From contig MEPC01000042.1 in the NCBI GenBank assembly GCA_001769655.1, positions 93,125 through 157,124 on the forward strand: a stretch of 64,000 bases of DNA. Direction: 5' to 3'. The notes below the pieces were generated by a model. That model saw nothing but the letters and a program-made list of their open reading frames with translations. It made no database searches and was not told the DNA's origin. This document shows positions 9,961 through 21,700 of the stretch, one piece after another; positions within the stretch are counted from its first letter, which is position 1; each line of letters starts with the position of its first letter. Source of the DNA: Bacteroidetes bacterium RIFCSPLOWO2_12_FULL_37_12 (lineage in GTDB: Bacteria; Bacteroidota; Bacteroidia; 2-12-FULL-37-12). Made by a program: the position numbers and the translations under genes.

Positions 9961-10734
9961 TCACCTCCCTTTAAATTCCGGCTTTCTTTTCCCGATAAAC
10001 GCCTTCATCCCTTCTTTCTGGTCTTCACTGGAAAACGTTAAATAGAAATTTTTTCGTTCAAACTGCAACCCTTCTTCCAATGAGGTCTCAAACGCTCTCA
10101 GTACCGACTCTTTCGCAAGCCGAATTGCCACCGGTGACATGGAGGCAATTTCAGATGCTACATTCAATGCTTCTTCGAGATATAATTCCACCGGAACAAT
10201 TTTATTAATCAGCCCGGCATCCAATGCCTCTTTTGCGCTTATCATTTTTCCTGTAAGCACCATTTCCATCGCTTTTGCCTTTCCCACCGCTCTTGTCAAT
10301 CGTTGAGTGCCACCCGCTCCGGGCATGACCCCTATTTTTATTTCCGGCTGACCAAATCTGGCGGTTTCAGAGGCAATAATCATATCACATAACATAGTAA
10401 GTTCACAACCGCCACCCAATGCAAACCCCGAAACAGCGGCTATCAGCGGTTTTTTTGTTTTCTTAATCTGGTCCCAGGTACTGAACTGGTCAACTTTCAA
10501 CATGTCAATGGCATTTTTATCCGCCATTTCTTTTATATCGGCGCCTGCCGCAAATGCTTTTTCGTTTCCTGTAATAACTATTACTTTTACTGCATCATCT
10601 CCGTCAAGATCTTTCAAGGTATCACGCAGTTCACCCATCAATTGAAGATTCAGCGCATTGAGTTCGTTGGGGCGATTTAAGCGGATGAGCGCTATGAAAG
10701 GACGGGCAGATTTTTCAATGATGAGGTGCTCCAT
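9961..10734 (-). CDS. enoyl-CoA hydratase/isomerase (PaaF-like)
   Basis: LNRPNELNAL, AFAAGADIKEM, GFALGGGCEL, FGQPEIKIGVMPGAGGTQRL. Confidence 0.95.
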   Translation of the reverse strand: MEHLIIEKSARPFIALIRLNRPNELNALNLQLMGELRDTLKDLDGDDAVKVIVITGNEKAFAAGADIKEMADKNAIDMLKVDQFSTWDQIKKTKKPLIAAVSGFALGGGCELTMLCDMIIASETARFGQPEIKIGVMPGAGGTQRLTRAVGKAKAMEMVLTGKMISAKEALDAGLINKIVPVELYLEEALNVASEIASMSPVAIRLAKESVLRAFETSLEEGLQFERKNFYLTFSSEDQKEGMKAFIGKRKPEFKGR

Positions 10735-10837
10735 GTTATTTTAAGGTGTTTACAAAGGTAAAAAAAAACAATTAACATCATATTTAATTGCCAGAAATTG
10801 TAAATTATATGTTTTTCAATTTTGCAGTAAAAAAATG

Positions 10838-10845
10838 TATCTTTG
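10838..10845 (+). promoter_or_regulatory. Bacteroidota sigma-A -7 element upstream of pyrG
   Basis: TATCTTTG matches TAnnTTTG and lies 10 nt before the ATG. Confidence 0.7.
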
Positions 10846-10855
10846 CCCTTTTTAA

Positions 10856-12469
<1,614 letters not shown>

Positions 12470-12503
12470 AGATTGGAAATTTAAAAAAACAATTATAAAT
12501 TAA

Positions 12504-14351
12504 ATGGACAAAAAACAACTCCAGGGCTTATTGGTTATATGTCTGATTCTCATTGTTTATTCATGGTGGTTTATGCCAAAACCCCCGGAAGAACAGAAAA
12601 ACAAAAATCTACCAGAAAACTTTGATTCCTTAAGAAGTGACACTTCTGCGAATACTATCGTTTCAAATAAAAATACTCAAATTATCACAGAAAATACAGA
12701 GCCGGTTTTTTCCGATACTTCAAAATCTATTCGGGAAAAATACGGAGAATGGTTACCCGGTTTGAAGGGAGAAGAAAAAGTGATTTTGTTGGAAAATAAA
12801 GATATTAAAATTTCACTCAACACAAAAGGAGGAAGAATACAGGAAGTGGCATTGAAAAACTACAAAACCTGGGAAAAGAAACCGTTGATACTATTTGATA
12901 GTAATTCCTGTACCATGAACTGGAAGTTCACAACGGGTAACCGGATATTCGATTTGGTGGAATTTTATTACATAAGCCATGAACGGAATGTTTTTGCCAG
13001 AGAAAATGACACTGCAGAAGTGTCACTGCTTCTTTTACTTTCTGATGGAAAAAAAGTTGAAATCAACTATTCTCTTGCGGGAGAAGGGTTTGATTTATTT
13101 TGTGACATTATTTGCACAGGTTTCAAAGAGGATCTTGCCTCAAGCAACAACCCGCTTGAATTTACATGGACAGACCGGCTCATTCGCTTGGAAAGGGACT
13201 TGAAGTACAATCGTCAGCATGCCACTATAAATTTTCAATATGCCAACGGTGATTTTGAAAATTTATCAGAAACAAAAAATGAATATCAGCAGGAATCAAT
13301 GCCAACTCCTGTAAGATGGGTTTCTTTTAAAGATAAATTTTTCTCATCAGCCATAATTTCGGATGCCACTTTTGAAGGCGGATTGGTGAAAAGCGAAGTG
13401 AATGAAGCCGACACCCTTCACGTAAAAAATTTCTCAATGCAAATGTATTTTCCGTGGGATAAGGTCTTATCAGGCGAAGGCAAATTTCATTTTTATTTCG
13501 GACCCAACAACTATCTCAGGTTAAAAAAAGTATCGGCTGGTTTTGAAAAAAATATTTACTTAGGATGGGGAATTTTTGGATGGGTGAACCGTTACGTTAT
13601 CATACCCGTTTTTAACTGGCTTGAAAAATATTTTACGAATTATGGGTTGATTATTTTTCTTCTGGTCTTCATCATCAAATTAGGGCTATTTCCGTTGACG
13701 TATAAGTCATATTTATCCATGGCAAAAACGAAAGTGTTAAAGCCCGAGTTAGACGAGTTGAAGAAAAAGCACGGTGACGACATGACCCGTTTTCAACAGG
13801 AGTCCATGAAACTTTACAAAAGCGCCGGTGTGAATCCTCTGGGTGGCTGTATTCCTCAGTTGTTACAGATTCCCATTTTATTTGCCATGTTTACATTTTT
13901 TCCTTCTTCCATTGAGCTCCGGCAAAAAGCTTTTTTATGGGCGCCTGATTTATCTACGTATGATTCCATTCTCGACCTTCCCTTTACGATTCCATTTTAC
14001 GGAAGTCATATCAGTTTATTTACAATCCTGATGACTGCTTCCACGTTGATTTATACTTGGATGAATCAGCAAATGACAGCGGCGGCAACCGGACAAATGA
14101 AATTTCTCAGTTACGCCATGCCTGTTATTTTTATGTTTGTGCTAAATAGTTTTCCTGCCGCTTTAACGTATTATTATTTTCTATCCAACATTATTACATT
14201 TGGTCAGATGGCGCTTATCCGTTCGTTTGTGGATGAAAATAAAATCCGTCAGGAGATAGAACAAAACAAACTAAAACCACCCAAGCAGAAATCTGCCTTT
14301 CAACGGCGGTTGGAGGAAGCGGCGAAAGCAAGGGGCGTGAAGGTGAAATAA
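12504..14351 (+). CDS. yidC: membrane protein insertase YidC
   Basis: N-terminal TM, periplasmic domain, YFGPN, LGWGIFGWVN, GVNPLGGCIPQLLQIPI, FLWAPDLSTYD; follows pyrG as is usual in Bacteroidota. Confidence 0.97.
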   Translation: MDKKQLQGLLVICLILIVYSWWFMPKPPEEQKNKNLPENFDSLRSDTSANTIVSNKNTQIITENTEPVFSDTSKSIREKYGEWLPGLKGEEKVILLENKDIKISLNTKGGRIQEVALKNYKTWEKKPLILFDSNSCTMNWKFTTGNRIFDLVEFYYISHERNVFARENDTAEVSLLLLLSDGKKVEINYSLAGEGFDLFCDIICTGFKEDLASSNNPLEFTWTDRLIRLERDLKYNRQHATINFQYANGDFENLSETKNEYQQESMPTPVRWVSFKDKFFSSAIISDATFEGGLVKSEVNEADTLHVKNFSMQMYFPWDKVLSGEGKFHFYFGPNNYLRLKKVSAGFEKNIYLGWGIFGWVNRYVIIPVFNWLEKYFTNYGLIIFLLVFIIKLGLFPLTYKSYLSMAKTKVLKPELDELKKKHGDDMTRFQQESMKLYKSAGVNPLGGCIPQLLQIPILFAMFTFFPSSIELRQKAFLWAPDLSTYDSILDLPFTIPFYGSHISLFTILMTASTLIYTWMNQQMTAAATGQMKFLSYAMPVIFMFVLNSFPAALTYYYFLSNIITFGQMALIRSFVDENKIRQEIEQNKLKPPKQKSAFQRRLEEAAKARGVKVK

Positions 14352-14394
14352 CTTTATTCTATGTTTCCCCCCCCAAAAAAAACTTTAACAAAAA

Positions 14395-14425
14395 TTTGGA
14401 ATTTAAAAAAATAGTATTATCTTTG
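14395..14425 (+). promoter_or_regulatory. rho promoter (-33 TTTG / -7 TATCTTTG)
   Basis: TTTG at 14395-14398 and TATCTTTG at 14418-14425 with a 19-nt spacer, implying a leader of about 370 nt. Confidence 0.65.
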
Positions 14426-14802
14426 TCGTGGGTTTCATAAAATAACCTCGAAAACCCAGGTTAATCGCCACCAAATAGTTCTTTTTAAATTACATCCTTA
14501 TAAGTTCTCTTTTAATACGCCCTTTAGGGTAATAATCTATATAATATAATTATAGTGTTGAAAGCCATAGTAGCCGATATTATTAACTAATCCGTGATTT
14601 TATTGTTAATAGCTTCACCAAGGTGTCCCCGCTTCCTTTTATTTTCTTAATGTAATGAGGGTAGTTTTTTATTTTGGGATTCTCTCCTTGCTTAAATTGG
14701 AAGAAGGAATTTTGACTATATATTCCAACATTCCATTTTTCCAACATTCCATTATTCCAATATTTTAACTTTTAATTTTATTTCACAACAAACCCAAGTA
14801 AC

Positions 14803-16023
14803 ATGGAAAAATCAGAAACAACCTTTGAATCTACCAATTATTCAGACAACCCAACGAAAGATGAAAGACACGCAGAAAACCATTCCGGGCTTGAAGGATT
14901 CTCGGAACTCGATGGGGTGGTTTCCAACGATGGTGTTCTGGAGATGATGCCCGAAGGTTTCGGATTCCTCCGTTCTTCCGATTATAATTATTTATCCAGT
15001 CCCGATGACGTTTATGTTTCTCATTCTCAAATCAAATTATTTGGGTTAAAAACAGGAGACACCGTCAGGGGGCAAATCAGACCTCCCAGAGAAGGTGAGA
15101 AATTTTTTGCGCTTCTCAGAGTGGAATCCATCAATGGAAGAACCACCGATGAAATAAGAGATCGTATCCAGTTTGACCATCTTACCCCACTATTTCCAAA
15201 CGAAAGGTTCAAATTATCAACAACTCCGGATGAATATTCCACACGGATAATGGATTTATTTTCTCCGATTGGGAAAGGACAAAGGGGGATGATTGTTTCT
15301 CAGCCAAAATCCGGTAAGACAGTTCTTTTGCAACAAATCGCAAATGCTATTGCCAAAAATCACCCGGAAGCATACCTGATGATACTTCTTGTGGATGAAC
15401 GTCCTGAAGAAGTGACCGATATGGAGCGAAGTGTGAAAGCAGAAGTAATTGCTTCTACTTTTGATGAGCCGGCTGAAAAACACGTAAGAGTGGCGGCTAT
15501 GGTTCTTGAAAAAGCAAAGCGAATGGTAGAATGTGGACATGATGTTGTGGTTTTATTGGATTCTATTACCCGTCTTGCCCGTGCACATAATACCGTTACT
15601 CCGGCTTCAGGAAAAATATTATCAGGGGGTGTTGATGCCAATGCACTGCATAAACCAAAACGTTTTTTTGGCGCGGCAAGAAAAGTGGAAGGTGGCGGCT
15701 CTCTTACCATTATTGCTACTGCATTAATTGATACCGGCTCAAAAATGGACGAGGTGATTTTTGAAGAATTTAAAGGAACCGGCAACATGGAACTCCAACT
15801 CGACCGTAAATTATCCAACAAAAGAATTTATCCCGCCATTGATGTTCCCGCTTCCGGTACCCGCCGTGAAGAATTGCTGATGGACCATGAAGAATTAAAC
15901 CGTGTCTGGATTTTACGCAAACACATGTCGGATATGAATTCCGGCGAAGCCATTGAATTCCTATTATCTAACATGAAAGGAACGAAAAACAATGATGAAT
16001 TTCTGGTTTCTATGAACCGATAG
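14803..16023 (+). CDS. rho: transcription termination factor Rho (N-terminally short)
   Basis: [76 protein letters not shown]. Confidence 0.98.
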   Translation: MEKSETTFESTNYSDNPTKDERHAENHSGLEGFSELDGVVSNDGVLEMMPEGFGFLRSSDYNYLSSPDDVYVSHSQIKLFGLKTGDTVRGQIRPPREGEKFFALLRVESINGRTTDEIRDRIQFDHLTPLFPNERFKLSTTPDEYSTRIMDLFSPIGKGQRGMIVSQPKSGKTVLLQQIANAIAKNHPEAYLMILLVDERPEEVTDMERSVKAEVIASTFDEPAEKHVRVAAMVLEKAKRMVECGHDVVVLLDSITRLARAHNTVTPASGKILSGGVDANALHKPKRFFGAARKVEGGGSLTIIATALIDTGSKMDEVIFEEFKGTGNMELQLDRKLSNKRIYPAIDVPASGTRREELLMDHEELNRVWILRKHMSDMNSGEAIEFLLSNMKGTKNNDEFLVSMNR

Positions 16024-16088
16024 TACGGATTCAATAATAATTCCAACTATTTCATAACTTTACGGCTGATTTTCTCAAAAACTGCATA

Positions 16089-19000
16089 ATGAAAAAGGGC
16101 TTAAAGTATTTTTTTATCTTACTTGGAATTTTATTCCTCTTACTGTTGATTACCCCCATCCTCTTTAAAGGTAAAATTAAAGAGAAATTAGACCAGGAAA
16201 TAACAAAAAACATTAACGCATCTGTTTATTATCCTGAAATTTCACTATCTGTTTTTTCAAATTTTCCTGACATTACATTACAGCTTGATAATTTCGGAAT
16301 CGTGGGAAAAGATGAGTTCGCAAACGACACCCTGGCTGATGTAAAGAGTTTGCAGGTTACATTGGGAATCTGGAGTGTCATCGGCAATTCAAAAATTTCT
16401 ATTAAAAAAATACTGCTCGAACAACCTAGAATAGTTGCAAAAGTGATGAAAAACGGAAAGGCAAATTGGGACATTATGATTCCTTCCGAAGACACTACTA
16501 CCGGCGAAACCGGATCTTCTTCCTTTTCAATCAACCTGAATAAATGGATGCTCGAAAAAGGAAATATCCGTTACATTGATGAAACACTGCCTGTTTCCCT
16601 TCGCATAGAAAATTTATATCACAGTGGTTCCGGTGATTTCAGCGGCGACTATACTTCCATGAATATCGAAATTGAAACGCCCGCAGTGACACTTGATTAC
16701 GATGGCGTAAAATATCTTAATGGGAATTCATTGAATGTTTCCGCCGGTCTTGATTTGGATCTGAAAAATCAAAAATATGTTTTTCGCAAAAATTCTGTGG
16801 GAATTAATGATTTAACGCTTTCGCTAGATGGCAACCTTGAAATGCCAGGAGAGGATATCAAAATGGACCTGAAATTCGGGACGGGTAAAACAGAGTTTAA
16901 AAGTTTGCTCTCTCTTGTTCCCGGTGTATTTACAGGAGAATTTGACAAAATTAAAACCTCCGGAAGTTTTACACTTGATGGAACTGCGAAAGGAATTTTC
17001 AACAGCGCCACAAACACACTCCCTGCATACACGTTGAATCTTGCGGTTGAAAACGGATTTTTTCAGTATCCCGATTTACCCCAACCCGTTAAAAATTTAA
17101 CCATTAAATTGAATATTGAAAATCAGGATGGGCTTTCTGAAAACACATCCCTTTCCATTTCACAATTCCATGCTGAATTGGGAAATAACCCGATTGATTT
17201 AAAATTTTCCATGAAAGGACTTGAAACGATGAATCTCGATGGAGAAATTAAAGGAAAAATTAATCTTTCCGATATAGTGAAATCGTTGCCGATTTCAAAT
17301 TTAGAGATGAGAGGTCAGCTTGCAATGGATGCATCTGCAAAAGGTATTTACAATGTAAAAAATAAATCAATGCCTTCTGTAATGGCGTCAGTGACACTTG
17401 AAAACGGATATTTTAAAAGCCCGCAGTTTCCTTCTGTAATTGATAAAACAACTTTCGCTCTCGATGCCTCCAGTGCCACCGGAAAACCCGAAGATACGTA
17501 TCTTGATTTAAAATCATTTCATGCGGAGATTGATAATCAACCGTTGGATGCTGTCTTGCAAATCAAAAACATAGACGACCCTGCTTATAATCTGAATCTG
17601 AATGGAAAAATTGATCTTGAAAAAATCATGAAAATTTTTCCACAGGAAAACCTGACGCTTTCCGGTTTAATGGATATCTCCCTTAAAACAGCAGGCAGAA
17701 AATCTTACGTCGAATCAGGAAAATATATGCAACTGCCTACTTCCGGGAGCATAAAAATTTCTAATCTTGAATTTAAGGGCGATTCATTTCCCCAGGGTTT
17801 GAAAATAAGTTCAGCCACACTCGCATTTTCACCACAGCAACTAAAACTTGACCCGTGCAAAGGTTTTGCAGGAAAATCAGATTTTAGTGTCACTGGAAAT
17901 CTGACTAATTACCTGGCATTTATTTTACTCAAAAATGAAAAGTTGAAAGGAACCCTTTCACTTACTTGCAATAAGTTTGACGTAAATGAATGGCTGAGTG
18001 AGCAAGCGGCTGACCCAAAAACTTCAGAAGCAACAACACTACCGCCTGCTGATACATCACAAGCAGTAGAAATTCCGACTACTATTGACTTTGAAATGAA
18101 TGTTGGAATTAACACTTTGTTATTTCAAAATCTCACATTAAACGATTTCAAGGGAGGTATCATTATCCGTGATAAAAAATTAACATTAAGCAAGACCTCA
18201 TTTACAACGTTAGATGGAAATGTTTCCATGGATGGCACTTTTGATACACAGAATAAAGTAGAACCAAAGATGAATTTTATGTTGAATCTGAATCAGATTG
18301 ATATTTCAAAAGCGTATGAAACATTCAATACCGTTCGTTCCATGGCGCCGGTAGCGAGGTATTCCAAAGGGAAGGTATCCACTAAATTTATAATAGCCGG
18401 AAAAATGGATGCGGCATTATCTCCCCAGTTAAACACCTTTGAAGGGAATGGTAAAATCAATCTGAGCAAGTTGGAAGTTACTAATTTTCCGGCTCTCAAT
18501 TCCATTGCAGAATTTACACATATTAATGATTTCAAATCCATGCAATTTAAAGACATGTTGCTCGAAGTTGAAATAAAGGAAGGCAGAGTGCACGTAAAAC
18601 CCTTTGATGTACAGAGCGGAAACATGAAAGCAAACATAGCCGGAAGCAATGGCATTGACAAAACTATGGATTACCTGATGAAATTAGATGTCCCCTCAGG
18701 TGCGGCAGGTCAGTTGGCGAATGCCGCTTTTTCTGCATTGACAGGGCAAAAAAATCTGATTGGGGAAAGAGTGAAAATTAATCTTAACATTGGTGGCACT
18801 GTGGATGATCCCAAGGTTACCGGAGGGAGCATTGAAAACAGCAGTGACACTAAAAACGCGGTGGATGATAAAGTCAGAAAGGAAACGGAACGGTTGAAGA
18901 AAGAGGCGGAAGACAAGGTGAGAGCCGAAGCTGACAGAGTGAAAAGGGAAGCAGAAGCGAGAACAAAAGCGGAAGCGGACCGGATAAAAGCAGAAGCGGA

Positions 19001-19118
19001 AAAAAAGAAGCGGGAAGCGGAAGAAAAGGTAAGACAGGAGGCAGACCGACTTAAAAAAGAAGCCGAGCAAAAAGCGAAAGATGCATTGAAGGGGAAAGTA
19101 CCGTTGAAGTTTCCGTGA
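16089..19118 (+). CDS. AsmA family protein with C-terminal charged coiled-coil repeats
   Basis: N-terminal TM anchor, GKANWDI motif, long beta-rich repeats, IGGTVDDPKV, then EADRLKKEAE-type repeats. Confidence 0.85.
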   Translation: MKKGLKYFFILLGILFLLLLITPILFKGKIKEKLDQEITKNINASVYYPEISLSVFSNFPDITLQLDNFGIVGKDEFANDTLADVKSLQVTLGIWSVIGNSKISIKKILLEQPRIVAKVMKNGKANWDIMIPSEDTTTGETGSSSFSINLNKWMLEKGNIRYIDETLPVSLRIENLYHSGSGDFSGDYTSMNIEIETPAVTLDYDGVKYLNGNSLNVSAGLDLDLKNQKYVFRKNSVGINDLTLSLDGNLEMPGEDIKMDLKFGTGKTEFKSLLSLVPGVFTGEFDKIKTSGSFTLDGTAKGIFNSATNTLPAYTLNLAVENGFFQYPDLPQPVKNLTIKLNIENQDGLSENTSLSISQFHAELGNNPIDLKFSMKGLETMNLDGEIKGKINLSDIVKSLPISNLEMRGQLAMDASAKGIYNVKNKSMPSVMASVTLENGYFKSPQFPSVIDKTTFALDASSATGKPEDTYLDLKSFHAEIDNQPLDAVLQIKNIDDPAYNLNLNGKIDLEKIMKIFPQENLTLSGLMDISLKTAGRKSYVESGKYMQLPTSGSIKISNLEFKGDSFPQGLKISSATLAFSPQQLKLDPCKGFAGKSDFSVTGNLTNYLAFILLKNEKLKGTLSLTCNKFDVNEWLSEQAADPKTSEATTLPPADTSQAVEIPTTIDFEMNVGINTLLFQNLTLNDFKGGIIIRDKKLTLSKTSFTTLDGNVSMDGTFDTQNKVEPKMNFMLNLNQIDISKAYETFNTVRSMAPVARYSKGKVSTKFIIAGKMDAALSPQLNTFEGNGKINLSKLEVTNFPALNSIAEFTHINDFKSMQFKDMLLEVEIKEGRVHVKPFDVQSGNMKANIAGSNGIDKTMDYLMKLDVPSGAAGQLANAAFSALTGQKNLIGERVKINLNIGGTVDDPKVTGGSIENSSDTKNAVDDKVRKETERLKKEAEDKVRAEADRVKREAEARTKAEADRIKAEAEKKKREAEEKVRQEADRLKKEAEQKAKDALKGKVPLKFP

Positions 19119-19128
19119 TAATTAGAAA

Positions 19129-19188
19129 TTAGGCATTAGTCATTGGTCATTAGAAATTACAACCAATGACTAATGACTAATGACCAAT
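19129..19188. repeat. 7-mer mirror array (TCATTAG / CTAATGA) forming a hairpin
   Basis: cattagtcattggtcattag ... ccaatgactaatgactaatgaccaat. Confidence 0.8.
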
Positions 19189-19189
19189 T

Positions 19190-19492
19190 TTGAAAATCTT
19201 TGAAAAAATTACTGTAACCATTCCTTATGAAAAGGAAGAGTTTTTCTTTACTCAGTTGATTACGGTAAGAAGAAAATTTTACAGCAAAGTTTGCGAATCC
19301 TACCATATTGTGAAGGACCTGGTAGCATCAAACAATAAATCCGTATATATACACTTCTTGTTATTTTTCCGTTCCATGGATATGTATCGTCTTTACCTTG
19401 ATATTCCTGAAAGGAAAATATTGGCGGAGGAATTAAACCGGTTTTGCGGACCCGTAGGAGAAAAAGTGGTAGTTTATAAAGTGGAGAACTGA
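19190..19492 (+). CDS. small hypothetical protein, weakly DUF4286-like
   Basis: 100-aa ORF (TTG start) filling the gap before a convergent gene. Family similarity is by eye only. Confidence 0.5.
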   Translation: MKIFEKITVTIPYEKEEFFFTQLITVRRKFYSKVCESYHIVKDLVASNNKSVYIHFLLFFRSMDMYRLYLDIPERKILAEELNRFCGPVGEKVVVYKVEN

Positions 19493-19496
19493 TTTT

Positions 19497-20573
19497 TCAG
19501 ATATACTTATTCCATTTCTCTAATCGTAACGCCGCCACGAAATCTTTTATTCGTTGCTCCTGTCCACGGTGACAAATAAGCAAAATACCATCGGCTTCCG
19601 CCACAATGTAATCCTTTAGCCCTTGTATGACGGCTAACTTTTCTCCACCCAGTTTTATAATGCTATTGGATGTCTCAAATAAAAGCATGTTTCCATCCAC
19701 CGCATTTCCTTGTTCATCCTGGTGATGCAATTCATACAAGGCATTCCAGGTTCCTACATCCGACCAGTCAAAATCGCCCGGAATTACATACGTATTAGTG
19801 GCTTTTTCCATAATCCCGATATCTATGGAAACGTTTTTACAAAGAGAATAGGTTTTTGTGATAAAATCATTTTCTTTTTTAGTGTGGTAAAATTCGTTTC
19901 CTTCTGCAAAAATTTCAGCCATCTGCGGTAAATGTTTTTCAAATGCCTCAATGATTGTTTTTACCGACCATATAAACATACCGGAGTTCCATAAAAAATC
20001 CCCGCTTTTAAAGAATGTTTCTGCGATTTCTTTTACCGGTTTTTCTGTAAAAGTTTTTACCTTTCTTATTGTTTTCCGTTTGTCTTTATCCATAAACTGA
20101 ATATAACCATATCCGGTATCGGGTCTGCGGGGTTTTATTCCGAGTGTCACTAATGCCGGTTCTTTATGGGCGGAAAGAACTGCCTGATTAATTACTGCAC
20201 GGAATTCTTCTTCTTTTTGTATAATATGATCAGAGGGGGTAACCACAGTAACGGCGCCGGGATCTAATTTGGCAATCTTATAGCTGGCATAAGCAATGCA
20301 GGGAGCTGTATTTCGTGCCACCGGTTCAGCAAGAATCTGGTTATCGCTTAAATCAGGCAGTTGTTTCTTTACAAGCTCTACATAAATCTGGTTGGTTACT
20401 ACATAAATATTTTTTGGATTTGTAAGAGGTAAAAACCGTTCGTATGTTTGTTGAATCATGGTTTTTCCCGTTCCTAAAATATCGAGAAATTGCTTGGGGT
20501 GAGGAGTACGACTCAATGGCCAGAATCGGCTACCTACGCCTCCAGCCATGATTATGATATAGGGTTGTTTCAT
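19497..20573 (-). CDS. manC: mannose-1-phosphate guanylyltransferase
   Basis: IMAGGVGSRFWPLSR, PKQFL, EPVARNTAPC, PSDH, TGYGYI, FTEKP, WNSGMF, WSDVGTW. Confidence 0.95.
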   Translation of the reverse strand: MKQPYIIIMAGGVGSRFWPLSRTPHPKQFLDILGTGKTMIQQTYERFLPLTNPKNIYVVTNQIYVELVKKQLPDLSDNQILAEPVARNTAPCIAYASYKIAKLDPGAVTVVTPSDHIIQKEEEFRAVINQAVLSAHKEPALVTLGIKPRRPDTGYGYIQFMDKDKRKTIRKVKTFTEKPVKEIAETFFKSGDFLWNSGMFIWSVKTIIEAFEKHLPQMAEIFAEGNEFYHTKKENDFITKTYSLCKNVSIDIGIMEKATNTYVIPGDFDWSDVGTWNALYELHHQDEQGNAVDGNMLLFETSNSIIKLGGEKLAVIQGLKDYIVAEADGILLICHRGQEQRIKDFVAALRLEKWNKYI

Positions 20574-20588
20574 AGTTTTTAAAATTTG

Positions 20589-21557
20589 TTACAATAATCC
20601 CTCTTTAATCAAATCATGAATATGCACCACGCCAAATAATTTTCCATCTTTTAATGCGATCACCTGGGTAATTTTATTTTCTTTAATAACAGGAATTGCC
20701 TCAGCCGCATAAGCAAGGTAATCTATAGTTCTTGGATTTTTACTCATAATGTCAATCGCCTTCATCCTGGAAAAATTTTTATTTTTTTCGAGCATTCTTC
20801 TTAAATCACCGTCTGTGACAATTCCCAACACAGTGCCACTTTTATCAGTTACTACGGCGGCGCCTAATCGTTTTGAAGTAATTTCAAGAATGACATCGTT
20901 CACAGGCGTATCTGAAAATACATTTGGATTTTCATGTTGTGTGCAAATATCTTTTATACGCAGATATATTTTTTTTCCTATTTGTCCGCCCGGATGTAAT
21001 TTTCCGAAATCCTCTACTGTAAACCCACGACATTCGAGCAAACAAACCGCCAATGCATCTCCCATAACCATGGTCGCAGTAGTACTGTTTGTAGGCAACA
21101 TATTTTCAAGTCCTGATTCATTTTTTACTTTCACATTCAATAGATTAGTTACATTTTCTCCAAGATAAGAATTCTTATTTCCTGTAATTCCAATGGTCTT
21201 GCATCCTGTTTTTTTTATCTGTGGCAACAACGCTTTTATTTCAGGTGTATTTCCGCTATAAGAAATACAAATAACTATATCTTCTTTCTGAATAATTCCC
21301 ATGTCGCCGTGAATGGCATCAGCCGCATGCATAAAAACAGAAGGGGTTCCTGTGGAATTAAATGTAGAAACAATTTTATTTCCCACAATAGCGCTTTTTC
21401 CAATGCCTGTTACAATCACCCGCCCCTTGCATTTCAGAATTTCTTTTACACAATTAATAAAATCAGCGTTTATGGAATGAACCAGCGAACGAATGGATTC
21501 TGCCTCCGATAATATTGTCTGGATGGCTTTATTCTTAATATTTTTCGTATCTTTCAA
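20589..21557 (-). CDS. kdsD: KpsF/GutQ arabinose-5-phosphate isomerase (SIS + CBS)
   Basis: VTGIGKSA, STGTPS, HGDMG, PTNSTT, GDALAV, HPGG, GIVTDGDLRR. Confidence 0.93.
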   Translation of the reverse strand: MKDTKNIKNKAIQTILSEAESIRSLVHSINADFINCVKEILKCKGRVIVTGIGKSAIVGNKIVSTFNSTGTPSVFMHAADAIHGDMGIIQKEDIVICISYSGNTPEIKALLPQIKKTGCKTIGITGNKNSYLGENVTNLLNVKVKNESGLENMLPTNSTTATMVMGDALAVCLLECRGFTVEDFGKLHPGGQIGKKIYLRIKDICTQHENPNVFSDTPVNDVILEITSKRLGAAVVTDKSGTVLGIVTDGDLRRMLEKNKNFSRMKAIDIMSKNPRTIDYLAYAAEAIPVIKENKITQVIALKDGKLFGVVHIHDLIKEGLL

Positions 21558-21700
21558 GGGTTATTAATCTTTTTAGCTGAAAATCAATTAGTTAGGTAAT
21601 TAGCCGGCTTTTATAATAAATAACAAATTTAGTTAAATTAATTTGAATAATATTTTTTTTTTGTAAATTCGTATTCCTTTTTGCCAATTAGTGTAAACAG

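Noticed and set aside
14352..14802. tRNA or known ncRNA in the yidC-rho gap
   Set aside because: No cloverleaf, T-loop or recognisable riboswitch; treated as the rho leader.
18860..19090. EAEK-rich repeats at the AsmA C-terminus
   Set aside because: An ordinary charged coiled-coil tail; the antisense ORFs over it are shadows.
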